NCBI GenBank assembly: GCA_964016885.1
Contig: OZ024743.1
Location: 313,286,001-313,350,000 of the forward strand
Reading direction: 5' to 3'
Source: Eledone cirrhosa
Lineage: Eukaryota
Length of the DNA: 64,000 nucleotides
Part shown: one piece after another, positions 53,109 to 64,000 of the stretch
How the letters are laid out: every line of letters starts with the position of its first letter
Numbering within the stretch: position 1 is the first letter of the stretch
Program-made: the position numbers and the translations under genes
The notes under the pieces: model-generated
What the model saw: only the letters and a program-made list of their open reading frames with translations
What the model was told of the DNA's origin: nothing
The model's database searches: none

Positions 53109-53555
53109 TGAGCAGTAGTATTGTTCTGACAGAGCGTGAGACTTAACAAGGATCATATATGGAAACATATACGAAATTTGTATGTTTTATAAATATCATT
53201 TTAGCCTCGGTATGACTTTTTGTTTAACGGTGATCATGTCACTTCTATTCTTAGCAACAAATGGGAAGAACTCTGACGGCAGAGAAAGTCTTCCTCCTTT
53301 TCTGGTAAGACAAAGCAAGATGAAAAAATAATTTGCTTATGAACATCGGCTGAATTTGCTATTTTGCATACAGAGCAAAAGTCGGTGGGCTTGAATTAAT
53401 GAGCAGTAGTAATTTTCTGACATAGCGTGAGATTTAACAATGGTTGTCTATTGAAGGATATACGAAATGTTTATGTATAATATACAACTTTTTAGCTTCA
53501 CTGTGGTCTATAAGATAATCTGTGATTGTGTCACTGCTATTCTTAGTCACAAAGA
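53109..53555. repeat. Diverged direct repeat, ~290 bp period
   Basis: TGAGCAGTAGTA...CTGACA.AGCGTGAGA.TTAACAA at 53109 and 53400. Confidence 0.75.
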
Positions 53556-53674
53556 GTGAGCATACTCCTGGCACCGTTTATGGATTTTCATCCGTTACTA
53601 GAATTTGATTTGTTGCATACACACCACTTTAGTTTTAAAATAGTTTATAGCATAAATAATAGTATCTCTTTATT

Positions 53675-53754
<80 letters not shown>

Positions 53755-53989
53755 AAACGTAGTGGGCTGTGTGACTACTGTAAACAAAGTGTAAGATAGT
53801 AATATAGACGTAAACAAGGGAAGAAACCCTTCATCAGCTGTTAACTGTGATCATAGATGTTTCGGCGCCTAAAACAGGACATCGAAATCGATCAGCAGCG
53901 CGCCCAAGGCCTTTTATCAATCAAAAGGCCATGAGGGATAAGGGTTGTGTATATATATAAGTATTTATAAACCCGTAGAGAAAATATTT

Positions 53990-54091
53990 ATTATTGGTAC
54001 AGATTAAAAGTGTAAGCAAACAATTTCTGTTTGCACCCTAAAGTGGGATCTTCCGAAGATCCCGCTTTAGGGTGAAAAGAAAAGTCGGTTG

Positions 54092-54092
<1 letters not shown>
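53990..54092. repeat. Fold-back of family I repeat (also 11090-11160, 58010-58075) centred inside a degenerate HHR core
   Basis: CACCCTAAAGTGGGATCTTC|CGAAGATCCCGCTTTAGGGTGAAA. Confidence 0.7.
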
Positions 54093-54151
<59 letters not shown>

Positions 54152-54469
54152 CCTGGGTAGGTAAAATAATATCTGCTTTGATGAAAAGGTGTTGATCTTA
54201 GCGATTGCTTCTCGATGACTCATCTATGGCCACACACAGGCCATGCGGGGATGGTGATGACCTCTATCACTGAGAAACGCGGGTGACGGACGAAGGGGCA
54301 TGCTGGAGGAAGGAGGTAATGACCTCTAACAGTAAGCCAAATTTCCTCACGCTACTTGATTGGAAACCGATGAATTCTCAAATACACAACTAAAAGCTCA
54401 GACGATGTGAGTGGCCATCGTTTTGCTTGTGACCATCTATAAGATGGTTCTATCGTAGTATAAAAGTTG

Positions 54470-54825
54470 AACCAAATAAATTGATTTATGTGTGAGGTGG
54501 GGCCGAAGTTTCGAATTTGAACGAAATCGGTTGAAAAATGTGGGAGCTAGAGCCGAATAGGCGGATATTTGAGCGAAAATGTGGTATTTTCAAATATTTA
54601 AGCGGCTGCCACGCCGTTCCTGAACAAAAAATCCAAAATGTAAAGCCACTCTAAGACGTGAAATAATTAGATCTAGCGTAAAATCTAGTGTAAAATTTGA
54701 ACAAAGTAGGTTGATTAATGTGGGAGCTAGAGCCGAAAGAGTGGAAATTTGAGTCTAAAAGTGGTATTTTTGAATATTTAAGCGGCTGCCACGCCATCCC
54801 TGAATAACAAATGCAAAGCATAAAG
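54470..54825. repeat. 180 bp period direct repeat
   Basis: TGGGAGCTAGAGCCGAA at 54541 and 54721; AGCGGCTGCCACGCC at 54601 and 54781. Confidence 0.85.
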
Positions 54826-55689
54826 GGAATACAGGCACACGTATATTCGTCGTTAGAAGTATCAATAATTGTTATAATAGTTGTAGGCATCAATATAGAA
54901 CTATCATCGCTTTACTTTTCTTTGTTATTGTATTAACTATAGTAGTGTGACATATTTGCAGTAGAATCTTCAAGATTCAGCATATGTGTACACGTTCTCT
55001 CATATTTTTTCAACAGTTTATTGTAGCACGATAAATGAAAGCAAACAAAACTCTCAGAGAATCCAATGATTTATTTGCAAACAAAGTTATATTCAAAGAA
55101 ATATGATTCCAAAATAGATAATCACTTTCTATTCTCTTCAAGACAAAAGCTAAATGTGTACATGCGTTTGAAAATATGCTCTTACTTACACTTGTACGCA
55201 TGGCATAGTTAACGTTAGTCACCATACACATATATAATATATACATACTTAGACAAATGTATTCATACATATACATACATATACATGCATACATATATAC
55301 ATACATACATACATATATACGTACATACAGAGAGGTATGTTACGTGTGCTCTAAAACATATTACCATTCTCTCATTAGTACCTATATTTACTGGTGATCG
55401 AAGTGGTGGCGATACTGGAATAGTGTATTAAAACTTACATCGTTCTGTTCGCTACATGTTGAGTTTAAATCCTCCTTGGATTTCGAAAAATTCTACAAAG
55501 CCCTGAAAATAAGCAAGAAAAAAAAAATGGATGTAAGACATGTTGTGAGTTCGAAACCCATCGCGCGCAGGTTTGCCTTATATAGTTTCGGCTGTCAATG
55601 GATAAAGTAGTTGTTAGATAGTGGAGTCGATTGAATCACATTCTCCTTCCCTTAGTCAGTTGAATTCTGTCTCTTTAGGTTTAAAGTTA

Positions 55690-56063
55690 ATATCTCACAA
55701 AGGATAACGTTCCTTTTCATAATTTCGTAATCGATAAATAAAGTACCAATCAAGTAATTGAGAACCAATTTAATCGACTTCCTCCCTCTTCCAAATTGCT
55801 GACCTAGTGCCTGAATTAGAAACTATATTCGATAGTAGAATACTATATTAGATAGTAGAATAACGGTCTCTGCATTTGGCAGAAGGGAGGGGGAAAGTCA
55901 ATCAAATCATCCCCAGTGTGTGACTGGTTCTTTATTTTATCTACCCGGTAAGGATAAAAATCAAAGCTAACCTCGGTGGGATTTAAACTCAGAATATAAA
56001 GGGCTGTAACTCTATGCCACAAAGTATGTTGCCAGACACTCTACCGATATTGCCAATCCACCG
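55690..56063. mobile_element. Two Nin/Deu-like SINE copies, tail-to-tail
   Basis: TCGATAAATAAAGTACCA on + (~55730) and reverse-complement copy 55865-56063. Confidence 0.7.
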
Positions 56064-56764
56064 CCTTTAGATAGTAGAATAATAAACGTATTAGATAGAT
56101 CAAGAGCTGTATATCTTTTTGCTACAAAAAGAAAAAGAAATGGTGCTACTTGAGCATGCAGTGTGCCGTAGTATCCCTAATCTGGTTTGTGTAATCACTT
56201 GTGTAATTGCTCTACTAGGCTAAATTTAAGATTAGACTAGGTTTAGACTTTTGTAGTTTATGTAGATAGCACGCTAAATTATATATGTAGAAGTAAACCA
56301 CACACTGAACTGCAAAACGATAACGTAAAGCACACACTAAACGTAAATAATTAGGTAGACTGCTCACTAAAGTGGCATCCAGGAATATATCCTTTATATT
56401 TGATATATTCAATATATTTTTATAGTGTTTTTAGTTTTGTTTTCCTGTTCTTCAGATATATTCTAGTTTTAGAAGTTTATAGAAACTTCTTGCATCTGCA
56501 AGCAACATGTTTTTTCAGCCACGTCTTTCACGTAAATTATATACCAACAAATTATGACAAGATTAATCATCGAAAGAAAAAAGAAAAAGCCTTTAAACTC
56601 AGCTCGATGATAATATTGGTATACAAAAACAAAACAAAACAAAACAAAACAAAGCGTTAGAATAAAAATAAAATTAACGCTGAGAATATAATAAGAATCT
56701 TCCGTGAATAATAGGATGTTGGAATGATTTATAATGGGACTAGACACTTGAAAATATGGTTAAT

Positions 56765-56950
56765 AATTGTTTCTACTATTGGCACAAGGCCAGCAATTAT
56801 CCAGTGTATTACTGGTACCTTATTTTATCGACCCCGTAAGGATGAAAGGCAAAGTTAACCTCGGCGGGATTTGAACTCAGAATGGCAAGGGACGTAACTC
56901 TATGCGTAAATGGATGGCGTCAGACCCTCTACAGATACTGCCAATCCACC
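56765..56950 (-). mobile_element. Nin/Deu-like SINE, near full length
   Basis: Near-identical to 7410-7568 and 10260-10367. Confidence 0.8.
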
Positions 56951-58155
56951 TGGTTAACAATATTGCTGGTTTTGGTTATGATATTTGAAATGTGAAATAC
57001 CGACGCCATTTTTAACAAAAACATTGTTTTCGTTTCAGATTAACATAGCCGAAGGATTTAAATAAAAGCAGAAGGCGTCATCAACCGAATAAATACAATT
57101 TTACTATAGGCCATTTATTTAACTTTGCTGTTCCTTTTTGTTTGTGGTAACAACCGAATAAATATAATCACGCAGTTCACTATGTATTGAGTACGTTTTT
57201 CCTCTGTTCACTATATGAAGAAACTTACCCACAGACAAGTTTTAAAATACACATGTACACTCTACACCTAAAAAAGTGAATAAAATAAACTCCACACAGA
57301 ATGCATATAAGTACACTCTACTCTTGCTTGTTATTAACCAGGTGGGCGCCCCTGAATAAATCTAATTCTACACTTCACTATATATTGAGTATGTTTTACT
57401 CCTCCTCTCCATAATACACACGCACACACATGCACAGACAAACACACATACGTTCACACTATCACTCTCTCCTCCCACACACGCTAATATACACATATAA
57501 TCTCTATATCTAAAAAAGCTTAACTACTCACACAATGCATAGATACAGAAACTATAACGTGATGTGAAACCATGTTGACTATAATTCAATATTCTAATTG
57601 TGCAGCTAAATATTGAAGAGTAAAAGCGTAGCTAATTTACTTTTCAAAATTAAATTTAAAACATGGAAATAGCATTCAGCGAGCAAAGTTAAATAGAAAA
57701 TCAATAGGTAGCCAGAAATATCCTGGAATAATGCGTGAATCAAGGAAAGAAAAAAGTTTTAATTCCTCAGTTAGTTAGTACTGATAGAAATAAATAGAAA
57801 TAAATTCTTTCATGATGTATTCTATTGAAATAACGATCCACACATTTACGGGCACGCATACATATATACACACGCGCATGCAAACACTCACCCACCCACA
57901 AACAAATATATATAAAGGAAGGTATATGTCTTCCTTTGTACCATGTATGGAGTACTATCCTGATTTATGGTCTGCCTGGTCTTATCTCCACACCACAGAC
58001 TGCAAATAATCTCGTTAAGGGTGAAAGCAGCGATTCTTTGCTTAAACTTTAATCTGTTATTTTAATAAATATTTGCTCTAGGATTCTCATATATTTGATA
58101 TATATTTATCCTTATCGAGCCCTCTTTGGATTTTAGTCTTCACATTTATTATTAT

Positions 58156-58207
<52 letters not shown>

Positions 58208-58305
58208 CTATATATATATATAGTTATATATATATATATATATATAGTAATAATAATAAATGTGAAGACTAAAATCCAAAGAGGGCTCGATAAGGATAAA
58301 TATAT

Positions 58306-60373
58306 GTTATTTTATTTATAATTAACTCCGTATTCGCACCACCAACTACACAAACGAAGGCGAGTGAACTGCACTACGTTGAGTACTCTCCACAATATTA
58401 CACCAATATTGACCATACGGAATGACCAATTCTATCCAGTGGTGAACCAACAAACCTAAAGAAATAATGCTCCAATAATGTTGGGCACTTCCAGATGTAA
58501 TATTGAACAGCGGCACTGACTTCAGTGTACAGCTACCGCCAGCATGGGATTAACTGATCTACTTACCATTCGGATTTTGGCTGCTCTGTGCTTTATCTAC
58601 CGCCCACCCGATGCTGCTTCCTTGCCGACAAAATTCTACGTATTATACTAAAACATGTATTGTATTGACTGAATTCTCTACTCTATACCTCAGGACTTTT
58701 TTGTGACTCACACTGAATTCGGAGACCCGAACTTTACACTAGGTACCACCTGTTACCATTCCATCTCTTCCATCCTCTATATCTATATGTACAACCTGTA
58801 TTATCTTACTACAACTTGATCTATATTGTATTTCCCCTTTATTCTGATTCCTCCGATATGTTCTTATATACTTCCGTCTTACTACATCACTACCCTAGCT
58901 ATGAAGGCGTTTTATTTATTTATGTATTTTAAATTTTACTTTTATTAGTTTATTAATGTATTTTTATCAATGTATTCTTTATCTTTGTATTTTATCTTTG
59001 TATCCTGCTTTTATTTATTTGTAACTTTCCTTAGTCAAGTCATTATGCACCTTTCATAGCCCCCTACCCACCAATGAACCACACTACTTATAACTCGGAC
59101 TAACTGGGACTTTAAAATAATTATAGTCTATTTGCACTTTTCATTAGGTTTGCTACCTTCGACTTATGTGGTGGCTTTTCCCGGCTGCGCGCCGGGCACT
59201 CGGAAAGTTCAGCCTTCCTTGAGTGCTTTGAAAAATAAATTTCCCCTCTTTCGGTAAACGAAATTACTCGGAGCAGCTTGATTTGCCCGGGCCCGCCGCG
59301 CCGCCTGTTTTGACCGCCATATTATACTTATACCTATAAACTCCAGGCTTAGGCATAACTGTTAGCTGTATCATGCCTCTACTGGCACGTAAATAAACCC
59401 CTCATGTGTGAATTAATAGTATTCGGGGCCTAAGGTAGCTACGTTCCTAGAGTACTCGGAAAAATTAATTTCCATTTCTTTCGCTGGACGATACCACTCG
59501 AAACTGGCTGACACGTGGTTAGGAGGTGCTGGCTGGGATTCACAATCGAAGGCTTTAATCTTTACTCTATATCCCACCCTAATATCTTATCGAGATTAAC
59601 TTTTTCATATAAGACTCTCTCTGTAAGTTCATTAAATAAATCTCGCTACCTTAACCTTTAATTTTCTAATAATTTTTTAATTTTTTAAATTTATTTTTCA
59701 ATTTATTATTTTTCAATTTATTATTTTTTAATTTAATTTCATCCTATAACTCGTAACATAAGTTTAACGTTCCAATTTTCTGTACACACATTAGACCATA
59801 CAGACACCCATTATATATGCCTTTGTTAAAATATAGATTCTTTGGAATAACATTTTTCCCGGCGTTTTCTCGCATGACTGTAGTGTGACCCTTACGCTGA
59901 CTTCTTCCTTTTTTTTCTTTCTTTCTTTCTTCCCCTTTTTTATTCTTTGACAGAGAGGTGGTAATGCGTTATAAGCCTTCGCCCCCTTACCAGATCATTA
60001 GTAGACTGAGTTGCCATCACTTTGAGGGCGACTGGCTGAGGTGAAAGCAGCTAGTTGGTCAGTCGTCCTCTCTGATTTTTCGGACCCATGGTTTTTTACA
60101 TATTCCTTTGTTATATTTCGAATACCTGATTATATCACCGGATTCATATGGAACCCGGTCATTGAAATGATCATAGTATAATAAACCTTTCAAGGATTTA
60201 CACCAGTCCAGCCTCCTGTTATTTTATTTATAATTAACTCCGTACTCGCACCACCAACTACACAAACGAAGACGGGTGAACTGCACTACGTTGAGTACTC
60301 TCCACAATATTACACCAAGATTGACCATACGGAATGACCAATTCTATCCAGTGGTGAACTAACAAACCTAAAG

Positions 60374-60375
<2 letters not shown>
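58306..60375 (+). mobile_element. ~2.07 kb non-coding element with ~155 bp direct terminal repeats and an HHR before the 3' repeat (non-autonomous PLE-like)
   Basis: 58306-58460 is near-identical to 60218-60372; HHR-like motif 60122-60179; ends at (TA)n. Confidence 0.7.
60122..60179 (+). ncRNA. Hammerhead motif (G8U variant, probably inactive)
   Basis: AUAC-CUGAUUA-UAUCACCGG...CCGGUCAUU-GAAA-UGAUCA-UA-GUAU. Confidence 0.6.
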
Positions 60376-60413
<38 letters not shown>

Positions 60414-60459
60414 AAATGAAATAAATAAGTCAAATCTTTAAAATTTGGCTTCGTTTATT

Positions 60460-60514
60460 ACTGCTATAAATATTTCGGTGACAGCCATCTTTATCTGTGA
60501 CCTCTTCAGGCAGT
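60460..60514 (-). ncRNA. Minimal type I hammerhead ribozyme with intact core
   Basis: ACUGC-CUGAAGA-GGUCACAG...CUGUCACC-GAAA-UAUUUA-UA-GCAGU. Confidence 0.78.
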
Positions 60515-61514
60515 CCGAATTAGTGTGGTAGAGACGAGTACACATGTTGTTGAGGTGTATAACTTTGTCAATACTCTGATATGCCCAGTTCCTGGTTGGG
60601 TTGTTATTTCACTGAGGAACTGGAATCATATGAATTTAAACAAACGAATTTCAGCATCAAAGGGCCTCTTCTCCTCTCATTGGTCAGTTGTTAGAACATT
60701 CCTCAGTCAAAAGTCTATAGAATTTCTTTCTAAGGCAAGCCAATCTGTAGTTGTTGTTCTTGTTATTGTTAGGTACATCTGACCTCTATTCTTATGTTGG
60801 TAGTGGTGTTGTTGTTGGAGTCAGCTCAAAAAGAGGTGATAAAGTGGTAGAAATAGAAGGCAATAAAATGAAGAAAACAGAAAATAAATAATAAATAGAG
60901 AATAAATGAAAAATTAATGAAAAAGTAATGAAAAAGTAATGAAAAAGTAATGAAAAAGTAATGAAAAAGTAATGAAAAATGAATATGGAAAATGAAAAAT
61001 TAAGATGAAAAGTGAAAAATAAAAATAAAGATTCAAATAAAATATGATAAAATGTGTGTCTGCTATAACCAACTCAAGGTCAGAAATATGTTGGATAGAG
61101 TGGTAGGAGGAACAAGATGGTAAAAGAATAAAACGAAATAGGATACTTTTCTGTCATTAATTTTCTTCCAATACAGTTTATATATAATATCGTCTTTTTT
61201 TTAATGTATCATGGATTGCGTTACTGATTACCGTGTAACGTAGTCTTCGCTCAATTTCTATGTATTATATATTGTCAATTACAATTTTATTTGATGTATC
61301 ATATCTACATGTATATATACTTGCGTATAATATCAATATACACGCTACACAAGATAGCAGAAAACCACCCGAAGGGTGATTTTTCTGCTAGTATATATAA
61401 TTGAATATATGAGAGGGATGAACACAGATACAAGTATACATGTGTTCCAATTGCAAATGACCAAGCTAGCTAGGTTGAAAGTAAAAGACTATTTTGAGTT
61501 TCTAACACAATCTA

Positions 61515-61552
<38 letters not shown>

Positions 61553-61813
61553 GGAAAAAATGAAACGAAATTTCATTTCCCACTCTTAGTACGGCTGTTA
61601 CTTAAATATAAGTATCTACACGTACATACATATATGTATACAGACGTACAGTAGTATGTATATATATATACATACATGCACACATATATATATGTACGTA
61701 TGGATTGACCGAACATTTATTATAATGCTCGGTGTGTTTGTAAACAAACATCCCGTATTAAGCCGTAGTGTCCAGCAACCATCGTTGCTCGTTTGTTCAA
61801 CACGGACAAATGA

Positions 61814-61856
61814 ACGCTGTACTAGTTTCAAGCTTATTAGCTATCGTCAGCAACGT
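61814..61856 (-). ncRNA. Minimal type I hammerhead ribozyme (family E)
   Basis: ACGUUG-CUGACGA-UAGCU-AAUA-AGCUU-GAAA-CUAG-UA-CAGCGU. Confidence 0.8.
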
Positions 61857-62235
61857 ATACCTTCCTGCCAGATTGTTGAACGTATATACTTACCTTATGC
61901 ATATTAACGGCTGAGTAGCACAATTTGCATATCGAGTGGGTTAATCGGCCGGGTGCACCGAAAACCATAAACGGAAAATATGAAACGAAATTTCATTTCC
62001 CACTCTTAGTACAGCTGTTACTTAAATATAAGTATGTACTCGTACATACATATATGTATACAGACGTACAGTAGTATGTATATATATATACATGCACACA
62101 TATATATATATATATGTACGTATGGATTCACCGAACATTTATTATAATGCTCGGTGTGTTTGTAAACAAACATCCCGTATTAAGCCGTAGTGTCTGGCAA
62201 CCATCGTTGCTCGTTTGTTCAACACTGACAAATGA

Positions 62236-62278
62236 ACGCTGTACTAGTTTCAAGCTTATTAGCTATCGTCAGCAACGT
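62236..62278 (-). ncRNA. Minimal type I hammerhead ribozyme (family E, second tandem copy)
   Basis: Identical motif 422 nt from the first. Confidence 0.8.
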
Positions 62279-62552
62279 ATACCTTCCTGCCAGATTGTTG
62301 AGCGTATATACTTACCTTATGCATATTAACGGCTGTGCAGCCCAATTTTCATATCGAGTGGGTTAATCGGCCGGGTGCACCGAAAACGATAAACGGAAAA
62401 AATGAAACGAAATTTCATTTCCCACTCTTAGTACGGCTGTTACTTAAATATAAGTATGTACACGTACATACATATATGTATACAGACGTACAGTAGTATG
62501 TATATATATATATATACATACATGCACATATATATATATATATGTACGTATG

Positions 62553-63430
62553 GTTTTGTTATGGTTTTGTTATGGTTTTGTCTGTGTTTTTGCATTTAAC
62601 TAGGTGTTTCTTAAATGAGGAAGCGTTAGTATTGAGGTGTTCTTTTATTCTTATGTGAAGTGGTCTGGTGGTGCTACCTATGTAGAAATTGCTGCATTTG
62701 TCGCACTCTAATCTGTATACGACCTATGCCTGGTGGCATAGGTCGGTGTCGTTGATGGGGCAGTTGGCTAGTCTGCAGCGGCTGTCCTGTCTCGTGGACT
62801 GTCTTTTGGTTAACCCCCCGCGTAGAAAAGGTCCAGAGTGGGCTAGTTGGATATCTAGTCCCTCTCGTCTGATAGCTTTGCGGGTGGCTGTTGTTGTTTC
62901 GTCACTGAAGTGTGGGAGCTTCAGGAAGCAAGTGTTACTGCCTCGGGTGTGGTGTCCTCTGTTCTTTCTGGCACGGTTTGTGGTGGATGTCGTGTATCCG
63001 TTCAGTTTGAGTACTTCCAGGAAATGTGTGGTGTGTGAGTCTCGGTCTCTAGCGTCGGTGCATTTGCACCGACGCTAGAGACCGTTGATGGGACAGTTGG
63101 CTGCAGGCTAGCCAACTGCCCCATCAACGATACAGACCTATGCCACCAGGCTTACGTCGTATACAGACTAGAGTGTGACAAATGCAGCAACTTCTACGTA
63201 GGTAGCACCACCAGACCACATAAGAATAAAAGAACATCTCAATACTAACGCTTCCTCATTTAAGAAACACCTAGTTAAATGCAAAAACACAGACAAAACC
63301 ATAACAGTTAGGATAGAAACTAAGGAAAGAAACCTCGGCAATCTTAGAATTAAGGAAGCACTAATTATAGACAAAACACAACCACCAATCAATAATAGAC
63401 TAGAAATCAACACCCAATTTATAACTTGAT
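62553..63430. pseudogene. PLE C-terminus (Cys linker + GIY-YIG) in head-to-head arrangement: minus 62570-63070, plus 63102-63430
   Basis: LKLNGY...FLKLPH...CRLANCPINDTDLC...VVYRLECDKCSNFYIGSTTRPLHIRIKEH...LRIKEALII..TQPPIN. Confidence 0.85.
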
Positions 63431-64000
63431 AAAGCTTCTAGCCCCATATTTACACACACACCACAGGCACACACGCACACACACACGCACACACATACAC
63501 GCTTATACCTCCACTTATTCTCTCTCACACACACACATACACACACAAAGACCAGTTCTAACACGAGATAACATCTATCCCCCACATTTACGTATAGACA
63601 TATCTTCTCACACTCACACACACACACTCACATACTTACACCTTCATGCATTCTCCCACACACTTAAACAGGCAAGTACAAAAAAAAACCTTTTAAAGGG
63701 AGACTACTCTTTATCCACCTAACCTTAACTCTTTGACATTAGAGATAGAACAGATACTCTATACCATTTCCTGTCAGCATGACTTGGCAAGCTATTTAGA
63801 ACACTAGTTTAACTGCTTTACTTCCCTCCGAAGAAAAGATATTATTTCGAAAATTAAGGACATTTAAATAAATCTAAGGTAAAAGACTAATTGTCAACAA
63901 TATCTTTTGCATTTGCATTCTTTATTCTATGTCCATACCTGCATTGTTTTGGCTTTATTATACATATACAAACGTTTATACCTCATTACACAATGCTTCA

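Larger units (their letters stand above)
61550..62552 (-). mobile_element. Family E tandem array, ~421 nt period, ~2.4 copies, each full unit with an intact HHR (retrozyme-like)
   Basis: AACGGAAAA.ATGAAACGAAATTTC at 61550, 61970 and 62392. Confidence 0.9.

Noticed and set aside
53805-53840. CUGAUGA plus hairpin on the minus strand
   Set aside because: No GAAA after the hairpin
60024-60070. SECIS or SRP helix 8 identity for the hairpin
   Set aside because: Lacks the AUGA/GA quartet geometry and the full SRP symmetric loop; kept only as an unclassified structure

Overview
AT-rich (roughly 30% GC by eye), microsatellite-dense eukaryotic intergenic or intronic DNA. The SINE repertoire (tRNA-head CORE-type and Nin/Deu-domain SINEs) suggests a mollusc, probably a cephalopod such as Octopus (inference). 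No host gene can be called with confidence. The window is dominated by Penelope-like retroelements (PLEs: RT + C-terminal GIY-YIG) of several families. Nearly all are anchored in (TA)n tracts and arranged as head-to-head fold-backs, including a near-perfect ~6 kb inverted duplication at 44.8-50.8 kb. It also holds decayed RTE, R4/Dong-like and HERO-like LINEs and a hAT transposase split by a LINE. Reading both strands by eye gives about 20 minimal type I hammerhead ribozyme (HHR) motifs from about 10 sequence families. Several show covariation and unusual cores: non-Watson-Crick 10.1:11.1 pairs, GUU/CUU triplets, a U3-A8 core, and a 90-nt stem II. The most notable system is a set of non-coding 315-422 nt HHR-bearing units in head-to-tail, non-integer multimers. 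Two of these arrays start at the predicted self-cleavage site, and two copies of the ~420 nt family are fused to PLE coding fragments. They are candidate retrozyme-like (circular RNA) elements mobilised by PLE RT. All folds and alignments were done by eye and are unverified computationally.
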